A DNA stretch of 64,000 bases from the NCBI GenBank assembly GCA_022774645.1, contig JALFKQ010000014.1, positions 2,283-66,282 of the forward strand, in the 5' to 3' direction. This DNA is from Mycoplasmatota bacterium. GTDB lineage: Bacteria; Bacillota_I; Bacilli_A; RF39; UBA660. The notes beneath the pieces are model-generated. The model had not been told where the DNA came from, did not search any database, and saw nothing but the letters and a program-made list of their open reading frames with translations. Made by a program: the position numbers and the translations under genes. Shown one piece after another: positions 47,438 to 57,261 of this stretch; position 1 is the stretch's first letter; every line of letters begins with the position of its first letter.

Positions 47438-49351
47438 ATGACAGAATATAATGAAAAATCAATTAAAATATTAGAAGGTCTTGAAGCTGTTCGTAAGAGA
47501 CCTGGTATGTATATTGGTTCTACTGATAAAAGAGGACTACATCATTTAGTATGGGAAATTGTAGACAATGCTATTGATGAAGCTATAAACGGATATGGTA
47601 AAAAAATAACAGTAACACTTACTAAAATAGGAAGTGTAAGAGTTAGTGATGAAGGTCGTGGAGTACCAATTGGAAAACATGCATCAGGTAAATCAACACC
47701 AGAGGTTATTTATACAGTATTACATGCAGGCGGCAAGTTTGAAACAGATGGATATAAAGTATCAGGAGGACTACACGGAGTAGGTTCTTCTGTTGTTAAT
47801 GCATTATCTAAATGGATGAAAGTAACTATTTGTAGAGAAGGAAAAATCTGTGAGATATCATTTAAAAATGGTGGAAAATTAGACAAAGATTTAAAACAAA
47901 TAGGTACTACTAAACAAACAGGTACAACTGTTGAGTTTTTCCCAGATGAAGAAATATTTGGTAATGCTAGATTTAGCTACACAACAATATGTGAAAGAAT
48001 GCAAGAAAGTGCATTTCTTATAAATGGTCTTACAATGGAAGTTATAGACGAAGAAGACGATAAACATAATACATATTGTTATGATAATGGACTTGTATCT
48101 TTTGTAGAATATGTTAATGAAGGAAAAGATGTACTTCAAAAAGTTATAAATTTCAGTAGCGAAAAAAATGGTATAGAAGTAGATATTGCAATGCAATACA
48201 CTGATTCATACAATGAAAATATTATGTCATTTGTTAACAATGTTAAAACTGTTGATGGTGGTAGTCATGAAGTAGGATTTAAAACTGCACTTACAAAAGT
48301 ATTTAATGAATATATAAGAGCTAACAGTTTACTTAAAAGTAAAGAAGGACTTGATGGTAGTGATACAAGAGAGGGTTTAACAGCGATAATTAGTTTAAAA
48401 ATACCAGAAAGTTTACTTCAATTTGAAGGACAAACAAAGGGTAAATTAGGAACTCCACAAGCAAGAACAGTAGTAGAAAGTGTAGTATATGAAAAGTTAT
48501 CATACTACTTAGAGGAAAATAAAGAATCGGCTACTGCGATAATGGATAAAGCATTAAAGAGTAAATTAGCTCGTGAAGCAGCTAGAAAAGCAAGAGCAGA
48601 AGCAAGAGCTGGAAAAGGAAAAGGTAAATCTGAAAAAGTATTACTTGGTAAATTAACACCAGCACAAAGTAAAGAATATCATAAAAATGAACTATTTATA
48701 GTCGAAGGAAACAGTGCCGGAGGTACTGCTAAAAGTGGTAGAGATAAACGACATCAAGCAATCCTACCATTAAGAGGTAAAATAATTAACTGTGAAAAAT
48801 CAACAGTAGCAGATTTATTTAAAAATGAAGAAATAAATACAATTGTTCATGCAATAGGAGCTGGTGTAGGAGCAGACTTTGATTATACAGAATCAAATTA
48901 TGGAAAAGTAATAATAATGACCGATGCCGATGATGATGGAGCACATATTCAAACACTACTTCTTACATTCTTTTATAGATGGATGAGAGATTTAATTGAA
49001 CACGGTATGCTTTATATAGCAGTCCCACCATTATACTTAGTTAAATATAATAAAGATAAAAAGTATATAAATACTAATGAAGAGCTAAATGAATTTAAAA
49101 ATACATTCAAAGGTAAATATACAATTCAAAGATATAAAGGACTTGGTGAAATGAATGCAGACCAATTATGGGAAACAACAATGGATCCAGCACATAGAAC
49201 TCTTGTAAAAGTAAGAATTGATGATAAAGCACTAGCTGAAAAAAGAGTTGGTGTTCTTATGGGAGATGATTCAGAAGTTCGTAAAGAATGGATTGAAGAA
49301 AATGTAGAATTTACACTTGAAGATGACTATAAAGGAGTGGGATCAAAATAA
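47438..49351 (+). CDS. parE: DNA topoisomerase IV subunit B
   Basis: GHKL ATPase 'LEGLEAVRKRPGMYIGS', Toprim 'EGNSAGG', 'PLRGKI'. Assigned ParE because the partner gene is ParC-type. Start could be the GTG at 47432. Confidence 0.7.
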   Translation: MTEYNEKSIKILEGLEAVRKRPGMYIGSTDKRGLHHLVWEIVDNAIDEAINGYGKKITVTLTKIGSVRVSDEGRGVPIGKHASGKSTPEVIYTVLHAGGKFETDGYKVSGGLHGVGSSVVNALSKWMKVTICREGKICEISFKNGGKLDKDLKQIGTTKQTGTTVEFFPDEEIFGNARFSYTTICERMQESAFLINGLTMEVIDEEDDKHNTYCYDNGLVSFVEYVNEGKDVLQKVINFSSEKNGIEVDIAMQYTDSYNENIMSFVNNVKTVDGGSHEVGFKTALTKVFNEYIRANSLLKSKEGLDGSDTREGLTAIISLKIPESLLQFEGQTKGKLGTPQARTVVESVVYEKLSYYLEENKESATAIMDKALKSKLAREAARKARAEARAGKGKGKSEKVLLGKLTPAQSKEYHKNELFIVEGNSAGGTAKSGRDKRHQAILPLRGKIINCEKSTVADLFKNEEINTIVHAIGAGVGADFDYTESNYGKVIIMTDADDDGAHIQTLLLTFFYRWMRDLIEHGMLYIAVPPLYLVKYNKDKKYINTNEELNEFKNTFKGKYTIQRYKGLGEMNADQLWETTMDPAHRTLVKVRIDDKALAEKRVGVLMGDDSEVRKEWIEENVEFTLEDDYKGVGSK

Positions 49352-51903
49352 TGGCAAAAGAAAAAGAAACAACAATTATTGAAAAAATAAATGATTTTGC
49401 TCTTGAAGAAATAATGGGAGAGAGATTTGGTAGATATGCTAAATATATCATACAAGATAGAGCTCTCCCTGATGTAAGAGATGGACTTAAACCAGTTCAA
49501 AGAAGAATTCTTTATTCAATGTATAAAGATAAAAATACATATGATAAAGAAACAAGAAAATCAGCTAAAACAGTTGGTAATGTTATAGGTAATTACCATC
49601 CACACGGAGATACATCTGTTTATGATGCAATGGTTAGACTTAGTCAAAAGTGGAAACAAAGAGTAATTTTAGTAGATATGCAAGGTAATAATGGTTCAAT
49701 AGATGGAGATGGACCAGCCGCAATGCGTTATACAGAAGCAAGACTTGCTAAAATAAGTAATGTACTTTTAGAAGACATAGATAAAGATTCAGTTGAAATG
49801 GCTTTAACATTTGATGATTATAGTTATGAGCCAACTGTACTTCCAGCTTATTTTCCAAATCTTTTAGTAAATGGTTCAACAGGAATAAGTGCTGGATATG
49901 CAACTAATATTCCACCACATAACTTAGGAGAAGTAATAGACGCAACTATTAAAAGAATAGATAGTCCAAATTGTAGACTTGACACAATTATGGATATAGT
50001 AAAAGGTCCAGATTTCCCAACAGGCGGTATAGTTGAAGGAAAAGATGCATTAATAAAAGCATATACAACAGGAAAAGGAAAAGTTGTAGTTAAAGCTAAA
50101 TATGAATTTGAAAATACAAAAGGTAAAAATCAAATAATCATAACAGAAATTCCATATGACACTATTAAGAAAAATATAATTAGTAAAATTGAAGAAATAA
50201 GACTTGATAAAAAAATAGATGGAATTCTTGAAGTAAGAGATGAATCAGATAGAAATGATGAACTTAGAATAGTTATAGAACTTAAAAAAGATGCTAATAA
50301 AGATTTAATAATAAATTATTTACTTAAAAATACTGATTTACAAGTAAACTATGCTTATAATATGGTAGCAATAGTAAACAGAACACCAAAAACATTAGGT
50401 ATATTAGAAATAATAGATGCATTTATTGCTCATAATAAAGAAGTTGTAATTAAAAGAACTAAGTTTGATTTAGATGTCGATTTAAAGAAAATTCATATTA
50501 TTGAAGGTTTTATTAAAGCACTTGATATATTAGATGAAGTTATTAAAACAATAAGAAAAAGTAAAAATAAGAGTGATGCAATAGAAAACTTAATGCATGA
50601 ATATGAATTTACTCATGCACAAGCAGAAGCTATTGTAATGATGCAGTTATATAAATTAACAAATACTGATGTAACTGAACTTAAAAATGAGTTTGAAGAA
50701 CTTACAAAAGAAATAGCATATTTTAGAGAAATATTATCTAGTGAAGAAAAACTATTATCAGTTATAAAAGATAAACTAAGAACTATTAAGAAAGAATATG
50801 CTGATCCAAGAAGAACAACTATAAAAGATGAAGTAAGTGAAATAAAAATAGATACACTTGATATGATAAGTAAAGAAGACTTTATAGTTTGTATATCTAA
50901 TAGTGGTTATGTTAAAAAAGTATCATTAAAATCTTATAATGCTACACCTAATGAATATCCAGGTGTAAGAGAAAATGATTATATAACAGGATTCTTTAAA
51001 ATAAATAATATTGATACAGTATTATTATTTACTAATTTAGGTAACTATTTATATTTACCAGTAAGAGATATTAATGAATCTAAATATAAAGATATTGGTA
51101 GTCATATATCTAATTATATAAAAGTAAGTGATGGAGAAAAAATAATACAATCATTCGGAGTTTCTAAATTTGACAATACTATCATTACAGCATTTACTAA
51201 ATATGGTATGGTTAAGAGAATGACTTTAAAGGATTTTGAAGTATCAAGATATTCTAAACCAATAAATATGTTTAAACTTAAAGATAATGATGAAGTAATC
51301 GCAGTAAGTAATAAATGTTATGATGAAACAATAGTTGTAACAAAAGAAGGATATGCTCTTAAATATAACACTGATGAAATACCATTAGTGGGTCTTAGAA
51401 CAAGTGGTGTTAAATCAATTAATTTAGGAAGTAATGATGAAGTAATTGGTTCATTCAATGTAAACCCTGAAAAAGAATATATATCAGTATTCACAGATAG
51501 AAATACAGCTAAAAGAATAAAAGTTGAAGAAATTCAAAAAACAACAAGAGCAAAAAAAGGATCATTAATTATTAAGAGTCCAAAAACAAAACAATATAAT
51601 TTATTTAGATGCTATAATACAAATAGTAAAACAATATTTGGAATACTTGATGGAAGTATAGGTTATATGAAATCAAGTGACATAAATATAATGGATAAAT
51701 TAAGCACAGGAAGCTTAATAACTAAAAAAAATATTGAAGATATATTTGTAGTAAGTAGACTTAAAGATATTACTAAAATTGATACTACCAAAACAGAAGT
51801 AAAAGAAGAAACTACTATAAAAGAAGAAAAGAAAGAAACACCTAAAAAAGAATCAAGAGAACAATTAACAATGAGTGATTTCTTTGAAGAATTTAAGATA
51901 TAG
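49351..51903 (+). CDS. parC: DNA topoisomerase IV subunit A
   Basis: 'GERFGRYAKYIIQDRALPDVRDGLKPVQRRILY' and 'GSTGISAGYATNIPPHNL' are ParC/GrlA-type rather than GyrA-type; no GyrA box (QRRGGKG) seen. Confidence 0.75.
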   Translation: MAKEKETTIIEKINDFALEEIMGERFGRYAKYIIQDRALPDVRDGLKPVQRRILYSMYKDKNTYDKETRKSAKTVGNVIGNYHPHGDTSVYDAMVRLSQKWKQRVILVDMQGNNGSIDGDGPAAMRYTEARLAKISNVLLEDIDKDSVEMALTFDDYSYEPTVLPAYFPNLLVNGSTGISAGYATNIPPHNLGEVIDATIKRIDSPNCRLDTIMDIVKGPDFPTGGIVEGKDALIKAYTTGKGKVVVKAKYEFENTKGKNQIIITEIPYDTIKKNIISKIEEIRLDKKIDGILEVRDESDRNDELRIVIELKKDANKDLIINYLLKNTDLQVNYAYNMVAIVNRTPKTLGILEIIDAFIAHNKEVVIKRTKFDLDVDLKKIHIIEGFIKALDILDEVIKTIRKSKNKSDAIENLMHEYEFTHAQAEAIVMMQLYKLTNTDVTELKNEFEELTKEIAYFREILSSEEKLLSVIKDKLRTIKKEYADPRRTTIKDEVSEIKIDTLDMISKEDFIVCISNSGYVKKVSLKSYNATPNEYPGVRENDYITGFFKINNIDTVLLFTNLGNYLYLPVRDINESKYKDIGSHISNYIKVSDGEKIIQSFGVSKFDNTIITAFTKYGMVKRMTLKDFEVSRYSKPINMFKLKDNDEVIAVSNKCYDETIVVTKEGYALKYNTDEIPLVGLRTSGVKSINLGSNDEVIGSFNVNPEKEYISVFTDRNTAKRIKVEEIQKTTRAKKGSLIIKSPKTKQYNLFRCYNTNSKTIFGILDGSIGYMKSSDINIMDKLSTGSLITKKNIEDIFVVSRLKDITKIDTTKTEVKEETTIKEEKKETPKKESREQLTMSDFFEEFKI

Positions 51904-51948
51904 ATTTTCTATATCTTTTTTTGTATAATATTTGTGGTAGGTGCTATT

Positions 51949-52362
51949 ATGGATTATAGATATGAAACAAAAGATGAAACAAGAAATTTTCATAAACAAA
52001 GAATAGCTTTTATTATATATGATAATAAAATAGAATTTATTAAAAATAGTGGTATGTCACATTTTGAATATTGTAGTAGTAAAGGAATGACAAGAGAAGA
52101 ATTTAATAAAATAACTCGTGGTTATTACATGAATGGAAATTTAATGTTTTACAAAGATAATTTTACTTATGATGATGGAGTAATAAGTGAAGGATTAAGA
52201 TTTGTAGATGAAATTGCAAAATTTTGTAATATAAATAATATGAAAATATATTTTGGATTAATAGTTGACAAATCAGTAACAGTATGGCCACCAGACTATT
52301 ATTATGGAGAATATATAGATGGCAATATAGTTAAAGACCCTCAAATAACAAAAACATTATAA
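51949..52362 (+). CDS. hypothetical protein (137 aa)
   Basis: ORF after GGTAGGTG; no motif recognised. Confidence 0.5.
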   Translation: MDYRYETKDETRNFHKQRIAFIIYDNKIEFIKNSGMSHFEYCSSKGMTREEFNKITRGYYMNGNLMFYKDNFTYDDGVISEGLRFVDEIAKFCNINNMKIYFGLIVDKSVTVWPPDYYYGEYIDGNIVKDPQITKTL

Positions 52363-52428
52363 GATGTCTCGGACATCTTTTTTAATTATCAAAATATGAT
52401 ATAATAACTATATAATAGAGAGGTTAAT

Positions 52429-54174
52429 ATGAAACTAGTATATTTAATAACAGGAATAATATTTTTATTATCATTACTTATAAATTTTAAATTGAAGAGG
52501 AATAATAAATTAAAATCAGGAAATGTATTTCTATGTTTATCACTATTTGTATTAATAGGTTATATTTTAGAAGTAGTAATTCTATTATTAACTGATCATA
52601 TAAGAGCTAATCCTGTCATAATAGATATATACATAAATTTATATTATATTTTTATACTATCTTGGTATTTAATATTAAATGCTTATGTTTATACGATAAC
52701 TAATATAAAAAATAATAAACTATTTTTAGTTATTGAATTAGTATTATTCATTTTTCTTTCATTATTAATAACTGTATCAAAAAATAGTTTATTAATATTG
52801 AGTATATCAATATTAATGATAAATACTATATCAATAATAAGAACAATTATTAAAAAGAAATATTTAAAATTAACTAAATCAACAAGCATCATATATATAC
52901 TAGTAATATTATTTACATTAACTATATTACAAATCAGATATATTAATTTGGAAATATCAACAACTATAATGTTACTTATAACATATTTAATATATCTTTA
53001 TATAGAAAGTCCATCTATAAAAGAATATAATTTAATAAATGAACTAAGACTTTTAGCACTAAAAAAAGATATGAACAAAACAAGTTTCTTAAATAATATA
53101 TCACACGAATTACGAACTCCGCTTACATCAATAATTAATTCAATTGAATATATGAGTATGCATAAAGAAAACTTATCAGAAGAAATAAAAGAAACAATAG
53201 ATGATTTAAATGATGCTTCTTCTTCATTAATTGATTTAGCTGGTAATGTTATAGATATAAATAAAATAGAAAATAAAGAACTTGAATTAAAAGAAAAAAA
53301 TTATGATATAAGAAAAGAAGTAGAAAGATTAATTAATTTAAATAAGAAAATATCAAATAAAAAAGATATTGTATTTAAATATTCAATATCAGAAAATACT
53401 CCTAATAATTTATATGGAGATAAAACTAAAATAAAAGAAATAATAAATAATCTTCTTACTAATGCATTTAAATATACAGAAAAAGGAACTATTATATTAA
53501 CAATAAATAGTAATATTGAAAATAATATATGTAAACTACAAATAGAAGTAAAAGATACTGGAATAGGTATTAAAAGTGAAGACTTAAATAAAATATTCAG
53601 CAAAAAAGAAATAGATAATGATATAAATAGTTCAGTAGATAGAGATGGAATAGGTTTATTAGTATCAAAAGATTTAATATATTTAATGAATGGAACAATT
53701 AATGTTAGAAGTTATTATGGTAGCGGTAGTGTATTTACAATAGAAATACCTCAAAAAATATCAGATGAAATAAGTAATAATACAAAAGAAAATAATATAA
53801 TTTATAATAACAAAACTATATTACTTGTAGACGATGATGAACTTAATAATAAGGTTCTAGCAAGATTACTTACTAAATATAATATAAATTTAGTAGCATC
53901 TAAAAATGGTAAAGAATGTATTGATAAAATAAATAACAATGAAAAATATGATCTTATATTTATGGATATAATGATGGAAGATATAAATGGTATTGATACA
54001 TTAAAAGAATTAAAAAAGAATAATAATTTTAATACACCTGTTATAGCATTTACCGCAGATGCATTAAGCACATCAAAAGATAAATATCTAAAAGAAGGTT
54101 TCAATGATTATATATCTAAACCATTTAAGAAAGAAGAACTAGAAGAAAAATTAAAGAAATATCTAGGAGAATAA
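52429..54174 (+). CDS. hybrid sensor histidine kinase with a fused receiver domain
   Basis: About 6 N-terminal TM helices; H-box 'ISHELRTPLTSI'; N box 'NLLTNAFKYT'; G boxes 'DTGIGI' and 'GIGL'; receiver 'ILLVDDDELN...DLIFMDIMM...KP'. Confidence 0.85.
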   Translation: MKLVYLITGIIFLLSLLINFKLKRNNKLKSGNVFLCLSLFVLIGYILEVVILLLTDHIRANPVIIDIYINLYYIFILSWYLILNAYVYTITNIKNNKLFLVIELVLFIFLSLLITVSKNSLLILSISILMINTISIIRTIIKKKYLKLTKSTSIIYILVILFTLTILQIRYINLEISTTIMLLITYLIYLYIESPSIKEYNLINELRLLALKKDMNKTSFLNNISHELRTPLTSIINSIEYMSMHKENLSEEIKETIDDLNDASSSLIDLAGNVIDINKIENKELELKEKNYDIRKEVERLINLNKKISNKKDIVFKYSISENTPNNLYGDKTKIKEIINNLLTNAFKYTEKGTIILTINSNIENNICKLQIEVKDTGIGIKSEDLNKIFSKKEIDNDINSSVDRDGIGLLVSKDLIYLMNGTINVRSYYGSGSVFTIEIPQKISDEISNNTKENNIIYNNKTILLVDDDELNNKVLARLLTKYNINLVASKNGKECIDKINNNEKYDLIFMDIMMEDINGIDTLKELKKNNNFNTPVIAFTADALSTSKDKYLKEGFNDYISKPFKKEELEEKLKKYLGE

Positions 54175-54175
54175 T

Positions 54176-54865
54176 ATGAAAATAGCTATTATTATTCCAT
54201 CTTATAATCCGACTAAAAAAATAGTGAAACTTGTAAATGAATTACAAAAAGATTTTGATAATATTTTAATAGTTGATGATGGAAGTACAGAAGAAACAAA
54301 AAGGATATATAAAGAACTTAATAATGTAAAAATAATATATCAAAACATTAATAAAGGAAAAGGTCAAGCAATTAAAACAGGAATAAAAGAATTAAAAAAT
54401 GTTGATGCTTTTATAACAGTTGATGCTGATCTTCAACACAAACCAAAAGATGTATTAAAAATAAAAGAGTTATTAAAAGATAATGATATAGTTTTAGGAA
54501 CAAGAAACTTTAATAAAAAGAATGTACCATTTAGTAGTAAATTTGGTAATAAGTTTTCCTCACTTGTTTTTAAGATTAAAACAGGTATTACTTTAAAAGA
54601 CACTCAAACAGGATTAAGAGGAATAAACATAAAATATAAAGATTTATGTTTAAATACAAAAGGTAATAGATATGAATATGAAATGAACTTTCTATATAGC
54701 TTAGCAAAAAATAAAATAAATATTAAATGCATAGATATAGACACAATATATGAAGATAATAATAAAGGCTCACACTTTCATTGGTTAAGAGATTCAATAT
54801 TAATTTATAAATGGTTCTTGCCACTTTTAATAATATTAATAATATTAATTATGACAATTATATGA
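54176..54865 (+). CDS. family 2 glycosyltransferase (small, C-terminal TM)
   Basis: 'IIIPSYNP', 'VDDGS', 'VDAD' DxD; starts 1 nt after the kinase stop. Confidence 0.75.
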   Translation: MKIAIIIPSYNPTKKIVKLVNELQKDFDNILIVDDGSTEETKRIYKELNNVKIIYQNINKGKGQAIKTGIKELKNVDAFITVDADLQHKPKDVLKIKELLKDNDIVLGTRNFNKKNVPFSSKFGNKFSSLVFKIKTGITLKDTQTGLRGINIKYKDLCLNTKGNRYEYEMNFLYSLAKNKINIKCIDIDTIYEDNNKGSHFHWLRDSILIYKWFLPLLIILIILIMTII

Positions 54866-54928
54866 AATTCTAATTGAATAATACTAATGAATATGCTATT
54901 TTATAGCTAGGAGGTAGACAATAAAATT

Positions 54929-55267
54929 ATGAAAAAGTTAAAAAATTATGATATTGAGAATATAGTTAGAAATACTTTAATAGTATTAATGCTTATAAAT
55001 GCTATTGTAATTACAACATTACTTTCAACTTATATGGTAGAAGAAGCATCATTGACTTTTATTAATTCAACTATATATAAGTTATCATATATATTGTTAT
55101 GGCCATTAGGTATTATCACTTATATAGTAACAATTATTTACTTTGTTGCAGCTATCAAATCTAAAAAAGAAAATTTTTTTAAGATAATGTTAGCAATTAC
55201 ATCCTTATTTAGTAATATTTTAACCTTAAGTTTAATAGCAATCTGGATAACAAAAATATATAATTAA
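54929..55267 (+). CDS. small integral membrane protein (112 aa, 3-4 TM)
   Basis: Hydrophobic ORF with AGGAGG RBS, followed by the hairpin terminator at 55274-55297. Confidence 0.55.
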   Translation: MKKLKNYDIENIVRNTLIVLMLINAIVITTLLSTYMVEEASLTFINSTIYKLSYILLWPLGIITYIVTIIYFVAAIKSKKENFFKIMLAITSLFSNILTLSLIAIWITKIYN

Positions 55268-55303
55268 AAAACAAAGAAGTATTAAATACTTCTTTTTAAA
55301 TGT

Positions 55304-55332
55304 TTGACAAACAAAAGAATGAGTAGTATAAT
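55304..55332 (+). promoter_or_regulatory. consensus sigma-A promoter of the asnS leader
   Basis: TTGACA-17 nt-TATAAT. Confidence 0.7.
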
Positions 55333-55547
55333 TGGCTCATAAATCTTTGATGTGGAGAAGTAATATATAAGAGTTTTAAAGAGAGTTAGTGGTTGGTGAA
55401 AACTAATAAAACAAAATATATGAATAACACCACTGAGTGGAATATTGAAATAATAGTAAGTATTCTCGGGTAAACCGTTATAAAAATTAAGTTAAATAAG
55501 GGATGGTAATCGTCATTTTGACTCCTTTTACCATCTCTTTTTTTATT
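55333..55547 (+). promoter_or_regulatory. T-box riboswitch, Asn specifier (AAC)
   Basis: GA/K-turn 'TGATG', 'AGTAA' S-turn, 'AGAGAG', distal 'GGTGAAA', specifier loop 'GAATAACA' (AAC plus purine), T-box 'AAGGGATGGTAATCG', terminator GATGGTAA...TTACCATC plus a T-run. Confidence 0.85.
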
Positions 55548-55567
55548 AAAGAAAGGATGATGAATAT

Positions 55568-56947
55568 ATGGATGTTAAAGATTTATTTAAAAAAATAGAA
55601 GACTACGAAAACAAAGATGTAGTATTAGAAGGATGGGTTCGTAATAATAGAAATCAATCTAATTTTGGATTTATTGATTTTAATGATGGAACATATTTTC
55701 AAAATTTACAACTTGTATATGATAAAGAACTATCAGATTTTGATAAAATCAGTAAAATAAGAGTTGGTTCTGCTATAAGAGTTAATGGAACAATTATTAA
55801 ATCAGTTGGTAGTGGTCAAAGTCATGAAATGAAAGTAAAGTCAGTTGAAGTATTAGGAGATTGCCCAGAAGACTACCCAATTCAACCAAAAAGACACACA
55901 AGAGAATTCTTAAGAGAATTAGCATATTTAAGACCAAGAACAAATCTTTTTAATGCAGTTTTCAGAGTAAGAAGTGTAGCAGCACAAGCAATACACGAAT
56001 ATTTTCAAAGTAATAACTATGTATATTTTCATAGTCCAATCATAACAGGAGCAGATTGTGAAGGATCAGGACAAATGTTCAAAATAACAACTCTTGATAT
56101 GAATAATCTTCCTCTAGGGAAAGATAAAAAAGTTGATTTTAAGAAAGATTTGTTTGGTAAACAAACATATATAACAGGTTCTGGACAACTTCATGGAGAA
56201 ACTTTTGCTCTAGCATATAAAAAAATATATACATTTGGACCAACAATGAGAACAGAAAACTCAAACACAAAAACACATGCTAATGAATTCTGGATGATTG
56301 AACCAGAAATAGCATTCTGTGATATGAATGGAATAATGGATATAGAAGAAGAAATGTTAAAATTTATTATCAAGTATGTTATGGAAAGATGTCCACTTGA
56401 AATAGATTTCTTCGATAAATTTGTAGAGAAAGGATTAAAAGATAAATTAAATAAAGTGTTAAATAGTAAGTTTGTAAGAATTACACATAAAGAAGCTATT
56501 ACTTTATTAAAAGAAGCTAAAGTTGATTTTGAATTCAAACCAGAATATGGTGAAGATATCGCCAAAGAACATGAAAAATATATAACAGAACACTTTAATG
56601 GACCAGTATTTATTACAGACTGGCCAAAAGACATTAAAGCATTCTATATGAAATTAAATGATGATAATGAAACAGTAGCCGCAGTAGACTTAGAAGTACC
56701 AGGTTCTGGGGAATTAATCGGTGGTAGTCAAAGAGAAGATGATTACGATAAATTAATTAATAGAATGAAAGAAATGAATATACCTCTTGAAAACTTAGAT
56801 TGGTATACAAACCTTAGAAGATTCGGAGGATGTTATCATGCTGGTTTCGGTCTTGGATTTGAAAGACTTATAATGTATTTAACAGGTGTTGAAAATATAA
56901 GAGATGTAATACCTTATCCAAGAACACCTAATAACTGTGACTACTAA
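55568..56947 (+). CDS. asnS: asparaginyl-tRNA synthetase
   Basis: Class IIb: OB fold N-terminus, 'GGSQRED', 'GFGLGFERLIMY', C-terminal 'PYPRTP'. Confidence 0.9.
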   Translation: MDVKDLFKKIEDYENKDVVLEGWVRNNRNQSNFGFIDFNDGTYFQNLQLVYDKELSDFDKISKIRVGSAIRVNGTIIKSVGSGQSHEMKVKSVEVLGDCPEDYPIQPKRHTREFLRELAYLRPRTNLFNAVFRVRSVAAQAIHEYFQSNNYVYFHSPIITGADCEGSGQMFKITTLDMNNLPLGKDKKVDFKKDLFGKQTYITGSGQLHGETFALAYKKIYTFGPTMRTENSNTKTHANEFWMIEPEIAFCDMNGIMDIEEEMLKFIIKYVMERCPLEIDFFDKFVEKGLKDKLNKVLNSKFVRITHKEAITLLKEAKVDFEFKPEYGEDIAKEHEKYITEHFNGPVFITDWPKDIKAFYMKLNDDNETVAAVDLEVPGSGELIGGSQREDDYDKLINRMKEMNIPLENLDWYTNLRRFGGCYHAGFGLGFERLIMYLTGVENIRDVIPYPRTPNNCDY

Positions 56948-56961
56948 AAGGAGGAATAATA

Positions 56962-57261
56962 ATGAGTAATTTTACAAAAGAAATGATTGATGATTATGCA
57001 GATAAATTACTTATAGGATTAACAGAAGAAGAAAGAACAAATATACAAGAAGAATTTGATGAAATAGAAAAAAATATGAATTTAATAAATGAAATACCAG
57101 ACATCAAAAATACTGAACCACTTAGCTTTCCATTTGAAATGACAATTGAAGATTTGAGAAATGATGATGAAGTAGGTGAAGAAATTCCTATTGAAGAATT
57201 ATTAAGAAATTGTGATCAATATGAAGGTAGAGAAGTGGAAGTACCAAAGGTGGTGGGATAA
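56962..57261 (+). CDS. gatC: Asp/Glu-tRNA amidotransferase subunit C
   Basis: 99 aa, precedes gatA with an ATGA overlap; 'LRNDDE' region typical of GatC. Confidence 0.8.
   Translation: MSNFTKEMIDDYADKLLIGLTEEERTNIQEEFDEIEKNMNLINEIPDIKNTEPLSFPFEMTIEDLRNDDEVGEEIPIEELLRNCDQYEGREVEVPKVVG

Noticed and set aside
47438-51903. Adjacent type II topoisomerase B and A subunit genes initially looked like gyrB-gyrA
   Set aside because: The A subunit has ParC/GrlA-type motifs ('FGRYAKYIIQDRALPDVRDGLKPVQRRILY', 'GSTGISAGYATNIPPHNL') and I could not find a GyrA box. The pair is therefore called parE-parC.
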